Assembly (NCBI GenBank): GCA_035601575.1
Contig: DATNNZ010000051.1
Location: 2,148-66,147, forward strand
DNA: 64,000 bases
Reading direction: 5' to 3'
Source of the DNA: Chthoniobacterales bacterium
GTDB lineage: Bacteria > Verrucomicrobiota > Verrucomicrobiia > Chthoniobacterales > JAFAMB01
Under the pieces are notes generated by a model, which saw only the letters and a list, made by a program, of their open reading frames with translations, ran no database searches and was not told the origin of the DNA. Below, piece after piece: positions 27,409 to 36,192 of this stretch. Positions within the stretch are counted from its first letter, which is position 1. Every line of letters starts with the position of its first letter. A program made the translations under genes and the position numbers.

Positions 27409-30219
27409 TTAAAACGTAAACTTCATTCCTGCCTCGTAAGTGAAATCGTAGTACTCCTGCTGGATCACGCGATCGCGTCTACCTTCATAGATTCGCCAAG
27501 GCGCATCGGTCAGATTCTTGACGTTGAAATAAACACCGACGCCGTTAGCAAAGGTGTAGCTCGCCGCGAGATCCAGGGTCGTTCGAGCATCAAAGTACAG
27601 GTCCGTTCGGGAGCTGGCACCCACCGAGCTCAGATTTTTGTCGGTATGTTGCGCCGCTAAGGTGACGTCGATACCGTACTTTCGATAGAAAATGCTCCAG
27701 TTATACAAATTTCTTGAGGTGAAAGGGAGTTGGGTCGTTTCGCCCGGACGCGCTTCACCTTGGCTATCAACGTAGGTGTAGTTGAACCCGGCTCCGAACC
27801 CATTCAGCGGTCCAGGTAGAAAAGCAAACTGCTGTTGGTAATTAAACTCCACTCCTCGAGCGTGCGCATTTGGGCTGTTGAGAAAGGTTGATTCGTTAAA
27901 GGTTACCCCGTTGATCGGGACGCGAATGGTACGGGTAAAGATGTAGTCCGAGAACTCCTTATCAAAAAAAGCGACGGTGACCAAGGCGCTAGGTGCTGGG
28001 TAATACTCTAGCGTGAGATCGAAGTTGTTGGCGGTGGTCGGCTTGAGGCCGGGATTGCCGGTGACAATCGTCTGGTTGCCTACATTGGTAGTGGACGATG
28101 CAGTGACTTGATTGAAAGCTGGGCGACCAATTGCGGTTGAGTAGGCAAAGCGCGCTTGCAGATTGTCGAGGATTTCGTATCGGGCTTGGAAGGTGGGAAA
28201 GTAATTGATGTAATTGCTGTTCCGGTTCACGAAATGATAGGACGCGGGATTATTAGGATCCGAGCCGGGGGAATTCTCGTTTGCTCCGTAGGTGGCATCC
28301 GTTGCTTCGATCCTTAGTCCGCTGAGCAAGTTCAATTTGCCGAAAGAGATGTCGTACTGGAAGTAACCGGCATAAACGTTCTCGAAGTCATCGAAAAACG
28401 CTTTTCTGCTGGCTACCTGATCGGCCACAAAGCTGCGAACAAAATTGCCGCGATTGGCATCAAAGAATTTACTAACGAGGCCGAAGTCGGGCGAAAAGCC
28501 GAGCTTGTAGTTACCGCTGTAAATGCTGTTGAACTGGTTGCGCGTTACGTCGGCTAACGTGAACGCTCCATTGAAGGCAGTGTAAGTCTCTGGATCGTTG
28601 TAGGCACGCTTAGTCCGGAAACGCAGATTGGTCCCAAATTTGAAGATGCTCGGAAAATTGAAAATCGTGAATGGAACCGTTACATTCGCGCTTCCGGCGA
28701 TTTCCGTATCGGTTGATCCGTTATTATCAAACGATAACTGGTTAAAAGAGTATTTTTTGGGATCGAAAACATCGGAGCCAGCCAGCAGGAACTGCGGTTG
28801 TCTCATGAGTCCTTGGTCGTTGTAAGATATCGTCACATCAGGCTTGGTCACAAAACTGATGTTGGTGTCGCGCGGATTGTAGTCAGTGGCTTGGGCAAAC
28901 GAGCCCTTATAATCGATAATGAAGGGACCCAGATTATTTTTACCGCCTCCCTGCACGATCCAGTTATCAAAATGTTCTTCGTTGTGGCGAATGTTGGAAT
29001 TGAGCTGCGCATCCTTTACCAGAAAGTTGCCCGGGTGTGTCGGATCGTTTTGCGGTTGGAAAAAAGTGCTCCCGTCCGGATTCGTGAGTTGGGTTCCGCT
29101 GCCGTTTGAGCCGTCGAGACCCGAATAATTTTTTATCTGCCGGTCCACGCTTTCCACATAACCAGCATTCACGAAGCTGATGTAGTAGCTGTTTTTGCTG
29201 TCCGGTCGATAGTCGAAAGTTGCTCCGTAACCGTGTAATCGTCGGTTGTATTGGTAACGCCGTAAATCAATGCTGCTCAGGATTTTGTCGGCACCAATTG
29301 GCTGTTTCGAGTCGGCAAACGCTGGTTCAAAATCATCAACCCCGCGCCAATCTTCGTAATAGCTGAATTGACCGAGTACGCCAAAGGGCCGGGGATTGGC
29401 GAGACCTTCGCCGCTGCCTGCGTTTTTTGTATCGATCCCTTTCCCGTCCTTAGAGGTTTCATCAGGGGCGCCTGTCGAATTCGTGGGCGACGAATAGGAT
29501 GAAGCCAAAGGATTCCCTCCAGGTCCTAAGCCGAAGCGAAAACCGCCGATGATTTCGCCATTAATGATTTGATAACGGGGCCGGAGCGGTTCGTATCCGG
29601 TGCCAACGCGTCCTTGGAGGATCGGTTTATCAGAATCGAAGGCACTCCGCGGGGTGAGTTCGATTTGTCCGCCCAAGGCTTCGGCGTCCATCTCCGGCAG
29701 GTTGGTGTCGAACACGGTAATTTGGCTCACCAATCCGGATGGGATCTGGTCAAACGCGACATGCCTTCCGGTCGAATCGGTTGATGGAACTCGCACGCCA
29801 CCAAAAGTGACACCGACCAAGTTGGAATCTAAGCCGCGCACGGTTACAAAACGTCCTTCACCGGTGTCGTTCTGTACGCCGACGCCAGGCAACCGTTTCA
29901 ACGAATCGGCGAGATTCACATCGGGATAGTGGGCAATCTCTTCGGCGGATTGGACTCGCTTGATATTGGGGGCATAGCGCTCCTGCTCGATTGCGGACTC
30001 CTGCCGCGTGGGATCTTCTGCGGTGACGACGACCTGCTCGAGATGGCTCGACGGCGTTGGCGATGCATCTTGTGCGACCGCGGAATGCGGGATCGAAACG
30101 AAGAGCGCCCCCGCCAGAGAAACAAAAATAGGCAGCGATGGCTGCGCAAAAAGTACTTTACGTAGTTTCACGAACCCGGTCCTTCCCCAGATTGGTTTGA
30201 GAGGGTTTAAAACCGACAA
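27409..30219 (-). CDS. TonB-dependent outer-membrane receptor
   Basis: Plug domain (DSLKRLPGVGVQ, FVTVRGLD), a long beta-barrel, and a C-terminal ..YEAGMKFTF. The true start may be the GTG at 30171 (VKLRKVLF.. signal peptide). Confidence 0.9.
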   Translation of the reverse strand: MSVLNPLKPIWGRTGFVKLRKVLFAQPSLPIFVSLAGALFVSIPHSAVAQDASPTPSSHLEQVVVTAEDPTRQESAIEQERYAPNIKRVQSAEEIAHYPDVNLADSLKRLPGVGVQNDTGEGRFVTVRGLDSNLVGVTFGGVRVPSTDSTGRHVAFDQIPSGLVSQITVFDTNLPEMDAEALGGQIELTPRSAFDSDKPILQGRVGTGYEPLRPRYQIINGEIIGGFRFGLGPGGNPLASSYSSPTNSTGAPDETSKDGKGIDTKNAGSGEGLANPRPFGVLGQFSYYEDWRGVDDFEPAFADSKQPIGADKILSSIDLRRYQYNRRLHGYGATFDYRPDSKNSYYISFVNAGYVESVDRQIKNYSGLDGSNGSGTQLTNPDGSTFFQPQNDPTHPGNFLVKDAQLNSNIRHNEEHFDNWIVQGGGKNNLGPFIIDYKGSFAQATDYNPRDTNISFVTKPDVTISYNDQGLMRQPQFLLAGSDVFDPKKYSFNQLSFDNNGSTDTEIAGSANVTVPFTIFNFPSIFKFGTNLRFRTKRAYNDPETYTAFNGAFTLADVTRNQFNSIYSGNYKLGFSPDFGLVSKFFDANRGNFVRSFVADQVASRKAFFDDFENVYAGYFQYDISFGKLNLLSGLRIEATDATYGANENSPGSDPNNPASYHFVNRNSNYINYFPTFQARYEILDNLQARFAYSTAIGRPAFNQVTASSTTNVGNQTIVTGNPGLKPTTANNFDLTLEYYPAPSALVTVAFFDKEFSDYIFTRTIRVPINGVTFNESTFLNSPNAHARGVEFNYQQQFAFLPGPLNGFGAGFNYTYVDSQGEARPGETTQLPFTSRNLYNWSIFYRKYGIDVTLAAQHTDKNLSSVGASSRTDLYFDARTTLDLAASYTFANGVGVYFNVKNLTDAPWRIYEGRRDRVIQQEYYDFTYEAGMKFTF

Positions 30220-30485
30220 GCAGACCCTAGAGTCACCGGATGCGATTTTGTGGTCACATTGATGAAGGGGAGTGACCGGCGTTGCAAAATGAGGGACTTC
30301 AGAAGACTATTTTTTGTCATAGCTGCTTTATCTTGAACGGTGTTGGAGGTTGGACCTGTTCAGAGTGAAGGACGCGGCATCGCCACGTCGTCCACCCATT
30401 TTCGCGGTACTAGAAACCAAGATTGGAATGGCCGGCTCTTTTTGATCCAGTTGCCGGAATTGTTGTCCCAACTGCAGTTCGGACG

Positions 30486-30734
30486 TTAAAAAAGATTTAT
30501 GACATCCGAAGGGGCGTGCCGGACTGAGCCGAACTTACGGCGCCGGCAGCCTGGTAGTGTCCCTCGAGCTCTCGGCCGGGGCGCTAAAGCCCAGCGACGG
30601 CGGCCTGTCGATTGGTTCGCCAGCCGCAGGGTGGCTCCGTCCGGTCGACGATAAGAAAGCCGGTCGGTCAGCTCTGAACTAGCGAAGCGTTCAGAATGGT
30701 TGAAAGGAGTTCCAACGTTTCCCCGTTTTTCCAA
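30486..30734 (-). pseudogene. truncated 5' fragment of a second coupling-protein-like gene
   Basis: GTPFNHSERFASSELTDRLSYRRPDGATLRL aligns with GNPFQRSERFVNSELPDPLSYRRPDGTILRL of the 24327-26186 protein. Nucleotide homology runs about 30623-30715 versus 26070-26165 and then stops. Confidence 0.7.
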
Positions 30735-30804
30735 ACGGAGGAAAGGTTAGATGATTGGGTATGAAAACAAGTCGCGCTACCAATCATCGCAAGATCGTGC
30801 GGTG

Positions 30805-30942
30805 TTGGCTCACACATCCTCTCGCTGTCGCTCGACGATGTGCCGCCGTCGCTGCGCTATGGCGCGCCCTAGCCATGTAGTCAAAGAAAGTCACAAGACC
30901 GGCCGCAAGGTAGGCCCGGCGGAGTCGGGTATCGCCCTGTCT
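30805..30942. repeat. island repeat element, copy 3
   Basis: See copy 1. It lies about 70 nt upstream of the truncated coupling-protein fragment. Confidence 0.95.
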
Positions 30943-30978
30943 CTCTTTGGGCGCGTTCGCCTCCGGTTCGGCGATAAA

Positions 30979-31416
30979 TTACTTACCCCAGCGGTTTACG
31001 ACGGCGTTGGTAACGGCTTCGCGAACAGCTTCGTGTCGCATTGCCCACTGGAAATGATAAATCGGATTTTCGTACTGTTCGGCGAATTCACGCTTCATTG
31101 CTTCTGCGATGCGGGTCGAATCGACTGGCCCTCGCATTCGAGAGACCACGTCCTCGACGATTTCCAAGCAATACAAGATCAGCATCTTTGCTGCGCGCTG
31201 AGAAATATCATCGAGCTCTTCCGTACACACCAAAAAGAAGTTTTCCCAAGAAACCTTTGTGACGCCTTTGAGCCACTGCTCCTTCCCCTCATAAAACACT
31301 CCTTGTTTTCTGTAATTTTCCAGAAAATCTTCCAAACTGAGTGGTTGACCATTGCTCGAGAATGACCATTTCTGAGTTTCTGTCGAGATTTGGCGAGATT
31401 CCTTAGTGGCAGCCAT
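30979..31416 (-). CDS. hypothetical protein, paralogue of 32263-32865 (unrecognised family)
   Basis: It shares ENFF.V, L..YCL and H.F..A.RH..VR.AV.NA..NRWG with the 200-aa protein on the other side of rep. That paralogy supports this strand over the antisense track ORF 30751-31365. Confidence 0.6.
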   Translation of the reverse strand: MAATKESRQISTETQKWSFSSNGQPLSLEDFLENYRKQGVFYEGKEQWLKGVTKVSWENFFLVCTEELDDISQRAAKMLILYCLEIVEDVVSRMRGPVDSTRIAEAMKREFAEQYENPIYHFQWAMRHEAVREAVTNAVVNRWGK

Positions 31417-31485
31417 TTTATTGCTTCTCTTATTGACTAATTCGGTTAAAAGATTCTTGTAACACCCTACCCCAGAGAAAGTAAA

Positions 31486-32220
31486 GTGCGTAAGTATAAC
31501 AAAGTTTTCGGAACGTTACCACTATCGAATCGGGAGGATCAGCTTGGTTTTGGTGACGATCTAATCGAGGCCTACTATAAGCTGACCAAAAACGAACGCA
31601 GCATCGTGATGTCGATCGTCGACCGATTGAAACCCGGAGTGACAGCATTTGAGTTTGACGATTTTGGCCTGCAGTCGGCGGCGCTTAAGCTGCTGACCTA
31701 TCATCGACTGGTTCTACATAATGGAGATAAGCAGAATTCGGTGCTCTATGCGCGCTGGCTCAGTGCCATCACCATGGTAGAGAAGAAGATGATTCTGCAC
31801 ATCGATCCAGGATTACACCGCCATCTTGAGCGCCTTAAAGACCACCAGAGAGAAGATGCGGAGCGATCGTCGGTGAAGTTGGCCAGCCAGTACTCGATTC
31901 GTCTGTACGAATGGGCTTGGAAATGGCGCAACGTGGGACTAAAGCGAATCTCGATACCAAAAATTCGCACAGTTCTCGGCGTGGACGAGGTGCGTGATGC
32001 TCAGGGCAATATCGTGAGCGAGAAATGTTTGGTTCATTGGCCTAATCTCAAGCAACGCGCCATCGATCGGGCCTTGCACGAGATCAATGAAAAGACCGAC
32101 CTCGGGATCCGTCTGGTTGCGGTTGGACAGGCTAAGTATCGGCGGGTGCTCTCGCTCGCCTTTGAGATCAAGGAGAAAAAGAAGCGCACCCGAGGGAACG
32201 GGGCGGCATTGACTAAGTAG
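31486..32220 (+). CDS. plasmid-type replication initiator, Rep_3 (RepB/initiator replication protein) family-like
   Basis: DDLIEAYYKLTKNERSIV near the N-terminus, then SQYSIRLYEWAWKW..GLKRISIPKIRTVLGV....NLKQRAIDRALHEINEKTDLGIRL....KYRRVLSLAFEI. This matches the Rep_3 pattern as I recall it. Confidence 0.65.
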   Translation: MRKYNKVFGTLPLSNREDQLGFGDDLIEAYYKLTKNERSIVMSIVDRLKPGVTAFEFDDFGLQSAALKLLTYHRLVLHNGDKQNSVLYARWLSAITMVEKKMILHIDPGLHRHLERLKDHQREDAERSSVKLASQYSIRLYEWAWKWRNVGLKRISIPKIRTVLGVDEVRDAQGNIVSEKCLVHWPNLKQRAIDRALHEINEKTDLGIRLVAVGQAKYRRVLSLAFEIKEKKKRTRGNGAALTK

Positions 32221-32262
32221 AGTCAGAAGGTCGTTCCACGGTGCGAACGGCCAGCCGAAGAC

Positions 32263-32865
32263 GTGTTCGAAGGGAAACAAATGGGCGACTCACATAAGAA
32301 CTCGCCGGAAACCAACGGAAAAGGATTGAACGCCGATGAGATTCTTGCGCTGCGAGAGTTGCGGCTCAATTATCCGTATAACTTTGCTGAGCCGCCCTAC
32401 CCTCAGATCCATTGGCAGCTATTCGAATTGATCGATCATGCATCCTTCCCATTCGCTAAAACGGATGCCTGTGACAAGTGGAACTGCAGAGAAATCTCGC
32501 CAGAAAACTTTTTTCAGGTTCTCGATCGGGATCGATTGGATGAGCCGCGGTTTTTGAGTGCTTTGACGGTTGGCAAGCTGGTTTGCTACTGCCTTTTGGT
32601 GGCTGAATCGACCAGTGAATCGTTCCATATAGTGGCGGAGGAAGTTGAGCTTCGAGCCGATACTCTGTTGGAGCGAATTCGGTTGAATGCGGAGTATCTT
32701 AGCCTTGGGATCGAAGAACACTCGCCCTGGCACCAGTTCTTTGTTGCTGTCCGACACCCCGTGGTGCGTTGGGCCGTGAACAATGCTTTGATGAACCGTT
32801 GGGGCGCGGAACGCTACCCGGTCAGCAGCCCGTCCGCTCTAGCAATTGAGCCGGACGGTAGATAG
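32263..32865 (+). CDS. hypothetical protein, paralogue of 30979-31416
   Basis: Same conserved blocks as the 145-aa protein. The start could instead be the internal MGDSHK. Confidence 0.6.
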   Translation: MFEGKQMGDSHKNSPETNGKGLNADEILALRELRLNYPYNFAEPPYPQIHWQLFELIDHASFPFAKTDACDKWNCREISPENFFQVLDRDRLDEPRFLSALTVGKLVCYCLLVAESTSESFHIVAEEVELRADTLLERIRLNAEYLSLGIEEHSPWHQFFVAVRHPVVRWAVNNALMNRWGAERYPVSSPSALAIEPDGR

Positions 32866-32975
32866 CGAATTCAGGTGAGAAACAGGCGGTCGTGCCGCCT
32901 CCGCTCTTCGAGCTGCGGCGAGCCCGCAGAGACAAGGCCGCGCCAAAGCGAAGCGACGGCGGGGTTGACAGGCTG

Positions 32976-33323
32976 TTAGAAAATCTCCGATTTTTCCGAT
33001 AACGGCTCCATTAAAATACGGATGCCGATCTGATCTCCAGCGGGGATCGAGGCGACACGAAAATTGGCGAGCTCCTCAAGCAACTGCCGGCGCGCGGTGA
33101 AGGCGCGGCCCAGGGTCAATTCCACATCGGCAAATGTATAGCGAAGAATGATTGACTTCTCGCCGTCGGTATCGATGCATTGGAGGTATGCATACGGGAT
33201 GCACTTCGTTCGCGGAGGTGACGCTAACTCAAATGTGCAGGCAATGCCGGCATGATTTCCGGCGTGCGTTACATACGGTTGGTTTTCAGGCCGAAGAATA
33301 GGTATGGCTCTCGACACGGACAT
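32976..33323 (-). CDS. hypothetical protein (orphan)
   Basis: An ORF with no recognisable motif. It lies downstream of folC on the same strand. Confidence 0.35.
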   Translation of the reverse strand: MSVSRAIPILRPENQPYVTHAGNHAGIACTFELASPPRTKCIPYAYLQCIDTDGEKSIILRYTFADVELTLGRAFTARRQLLEELANFRVASIPAGDQIGIRILMEPLSEKSEIF

Positions 33324-33393
33324 GTAACCGGTTGGCAGTTTCCGAGTACCGCAAGCGGTACCCGACTTACCACGATTGCATTTGTTTCATCAA

Positions 33394-34614
33394 TTATTGC
33401 GTACTTTTTTCAAAAATACCAAAATCAGGTTCGAGCCAGGCGAGCGCTTCGCCGACAAGATAGAGCGATCCCGTCACCAGGATCGGGTCGGGGAGAGTTC
33501 GTGCCTGATCGATGGCGGTTTTTACATTGGGGTAAACTGTGCTCGGCAAATAACTTGGAGCTTTGAGGTCCGAAGGAGAGGCAGATCGATCGTTTTGTAC
33601 CGGCACCAGGAAAAAGCCGCTGGCGATTTGGGACAATGCTTCGAGCATCTGTGAGAGGTTCTTGTCCTTCAAACCGCCGAAAATGACGGTCGGTGTCGTG
33701 CCGCGGTGACATTCCTTCCACGTTTGTACCAATTGCCAACTTGCCGCCGGGTTATGTGCGCCGTCGAGGATCAGATTGGGCGCCACCTGCTGGAACCTTC
33801 CTGGCCAGAAAACGGAGGCCAGGCCGGTCGTAATCGCCTGAGGAGAGATAGCAAGATTAGCCTGGGCGAGCGCGTCGACCGCCACAGCTGCGTTTAACTG
33901 CTGACGAGATCCGGCCAACGCGAGGCGAAATGGAGGAGAGGGAAATTCTGCGTATTGGATCTGAGTGTCGTGGCTCTGTGCGACTGATTCAAACACTCGA
34001 CAAACTTCCGCATATTGGGGAGCCGAGACGACCGGCACCCCTTGCTTGATGATGCCCGCCTTTTCCCGAGCAATCTCGGCGAGAGAATTTCCCAAGATCC
34101 TTTGATGGTCCAGATCTATTGACGTCAGGACGGAAACGATTGGCATGACGATGTTAGTAGCGTCGAGCCGTCCACCCAAGCCGGTTTCTAGAACGACGAT
34201 ATCAACCGCGGATTTGAGGAAATAAAGGAAAGCCAAGGCCATCGTGATCTCGAAAAACGATGGATTTAAATCATGTTCTGAGATCAAGGCCTGAATTTGG
34301 TTGATGCCACGAATGACCTCCTCGTTTGGGATAGAGCGTCGGTTCACTTGAATTCGCTCGTTGTAGCGGACCAAATGCGGCGAGGTGAAGAGTCCGGTCT
34401 TTAGTCCGGCCGCACGACAAATCGATTCGAGCATCGCGCACACCGAACCTTTGCCGTTGGTCCCGGCGACATGAACGAACCTCAACGATTGCTGCGGATT
34501 TCCGAGGACATCAGCTAAAGCTTGGATTCCCGCCAGACCGAGTTTGATGCCACGGGTCTGGGTGCCGTAGAGCCAGCTCAGCGTGTCGTCCAACGCTTTC
34601 TTAGATGGTGACAC
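33394..34614 (-). CDS. folC: bifunctional folylpolyglutamate synthase / dihydrofolate synthase
   Basis: Mur-ligase-type P-loop HVAGTNGKGSV and overall FolC layout. Sits in accD-folC order. Confidence 0.9.
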   Translation of the reverse strand: MSPSKKALDDTLSWLYGTQTRGIKLGLAGIQALADVLGNPQQSLRFVHVAGTNGKGSVCAMLESICRAAGLKTGLFTSPHLVRYNERIQVNRRSIPNEEVIRGINQIQALISEHDLNPSFFEITMALAFLYFLKSAVDIVVLETGLGGRLDATNIVMPIVSVLTSIDLDHQRILGNSLAEIAREKAGIIKQGVPVVSAPQYAEVCRVFESVAQSHDTQIQYAEFPSPPFRLALAGSRQQLNAAVAVDALAQANLAISPQAITTGLASVFWPGRFQQVAPNLILDGAHNPAASWQLVQTWKECHRGTTPTVIFGGLKDKNLSQMLEALSQIASGFFLVPVQNDRSASPSDLKAPSYLPSTVYPNVKTAIDQARTLPDPILVTGSLYLVGEALAWLEPDFGIFEKSTQ

Positions 34615-34617
34615 AAG

Positions 34618-35460
34618 CTACTTTGTTCTGCCCAGGTAATCGAGCAACTGAGATAATGTGGGACGCAGCTCGGAACGACGGACAATCAGATCGATGAAGC
34701 CATGTCCAAGCAGAAACTCGGCCGTTTGAAACCCAGCCGGAAGATCTTGGTGGGTAGTCTCACGGATCACCCGTGGGCCGGCAAATCCCACCATGCATTT
34801 CGGTTCGGCAACAATGAGATCTCCGAGGGAGGCAAAGCTGGCCATCACCCCGGCGGTCGTGGGGTGAGTTAACACGGATATATAAGGGAGCTCAGCCTCA
34901 GCGTGTCGTGCCAAAGCGCCGCTCGTTTTTGCCATTTGCATGAGGCTCAGCATCCCCTCGTACATGCGCGCACCGCCAGACGCCGCCACAATAATCAAAG
35001 GGCGCTTTGTTGCAGTCGCTTTCTCAATAACCCTGGTGATCTTCTCGCCCACGACTGAGCCCATGGTCGCCGCCAGAAAATTAAAATCCATTACCGCAAT
35101 TGCGATCGGCTTCTTTTCAATCTTGCCGAACCCGGTGACGACGGCATCCTTCATGCCGGTCTTTTCTTGATAACTGCTCAGCCGATCCGAATAGGCCGCG
35201 ACTCCGGTAAACTTTAGAACATCCTTTGACGTCAGATTAGCATCGAATTCCTCGAGGGAATCGGGATCCAGAAGATTATGAATACGCTCCGCTGCCGATA
35301 AGGTGAAATGGTGATCACATTTCGGACAAACCTTCAAATTCTTGGAAAGCTCCAGATTGTGAATCACCTCTCCGCACTCAGGACATTTCTGCCAAAGACC
35401 TTCTGGCATTTCACGTTTTTGGGTTCCAGACTTGAGGGAAGGCTTTTGAAAGATTGGCAT
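34618..35460 (-). CDS. accD: acetyl-CoA carboxylase carboxyltransferase beta subunit
   Basis: Zinc ribbon CPECGE..CPKCDHH, then SGGARMYEG. Confidence 0.93.
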   Translation of the reverse strand: MPIFQKPSLKSGTQKREMPEGLWQKCPECGEVIHNLELSKNLKVCPKCDHHFTLSAAERIHNLLDPDSLEEFDANLTSKDVLKFTGVAAYSDRLSSYQEKTGMKDAVVTGFGKIEKKPIAIAVMDFNFLAATMGSVVGEKITRVIEKATATKRPLIIVAASGGARMYEGMLSLMQMAKTSGALARHAEAELPYISVLTHPTTAGVMASFASLGDLIVAEPKCMVGFAGPRVIRETTHQDLPAGFQTAEFLLGHGFIDLIVRRSELRPTLSQLLDYLGRTK

Positions 35461-35472
35461 AACTGGACTGTG

Positions 35473-36192
35473 CTATCCACGGGCAACCGTGACCGCTCGG
35501 ACCGATACCGCACCACCCGAACGCAGAACCTTAGCACATTCGTGCAACGTAGTACCGGTGGTCAGGACGTCATCCACTAACAAAATGCGTTTTCCCAGCA
35601 CAGCGGTACTCTGGCGCAGGTCAAAGGCATTGTGCAAGTTTCGCACCCGGTGGTCTCGATCCAGAATCGTTTGGGTCTGAGTATATCGGTGTCGCCGCAA
35701 ACATTTTAGCAGCGGCTTAGCCGCCCTCCGCGCCACAATTTCAGCCAAGGCGGAGACCTGATCGTACCCCCTTTCTCGTGTCCGAACGGGATGAAGTGGA
35801 ACTGGAACAATTGCGTCGAACGGTTCCTCCGTAATCCGGCGATCGGAGAAGGCGGACCAAAGCCAGTCGGCGATGGTGTTTCGCAAATGAAATTGTCCGT
35901 TGTATTTGAACCGATGAATTAACTCCCGTACGGCGCCTCGAGCCAGACAAGCAGATACCGCACAGTCGAATGCGAAGGCGTTGTCTTCGCAGTGAGGGCA
36001 CTGGAACGGCTCGGCAATCAAACCGGAGAACGGACGGGAGCACGTTCGACAAAACGGTGACTGGATCCGCTGGGCGGTCGCCTGACATTTCGCGCATAGC
36101 CAGTCTCGGTCCAATCCAATTTGGCAGATTACACAAAAATGAGGATAGACCAGATCAGTGATCGTTCGAGAAAGTGCGTGGAGAAAAAGCAC
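35473..36192 (-). CDS. comF: ComF family phosphoribosyltransferase-domain protein
   Basis: N-terminal Cys-rich zinc-finger region and a PRTase motif, ILLVDDVLTTGTT. Confidence 0.8.
   Translation of the reverse strand: MLFLHALSRTITDLVYPHFCVICQIGLDRDWLCAKCQATAQRIQSPFCRTCSRPFSGLIAEPFQCPHCEDNAFAFDCAVSACLARGAVRELIHRFKYNGQFHLRNTIADWLWSAFSDRRITEEPFDAIVPVPLHPVRTRERGYDQVSALAEIVARRAAKPLLKCLRRHRYTQTQTILDRDHRVRNLHNAFDLRQSTAVLGKRILLVDDVLTTGTTLHECAKVLRSGGAVSVRAVTVARG

Larger units (their letters stand above)
23949..32975. mobile_element. putative decayed integrated plasmid / mobilizable island (edges uncertain; the right edge could extend to 33393)
   Basis: This is the only block without housekeeping genes. 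It holds a T4SS coupling-protein-like ATPase plus a truncated copy, a Rep_3-like initiator, repeated non-coding elements, iteron-like motifs and orphan paralogues. No integrase, relaxase or att repeats were seen. Confidence 0.45.

Noticed and set aside
30172-30480. Possible riboswitch (cobalamin or TPP) in the leader of the TonB-dependent receptor.
   Set aside because: I could not find a B12 box, the GGTGA..TCC core, or the TPP CTGAGA/ACCTGA elements on the minus strand. Only short unrelated hairpins are present. It needs an Rfam scan to be sure.
30751-31365. 204-aa plus-strand ORF, together with the 24116-24427 and 24186-24623 ORFs that share MAHTSSRCRSTMCRRRCAMARPSH.
   Set aside because: The shared peptide is just the translated repeat element. 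The rest is antisense to better-supported genes (the 145-aa paralogue and the coupling-protein 3' end).
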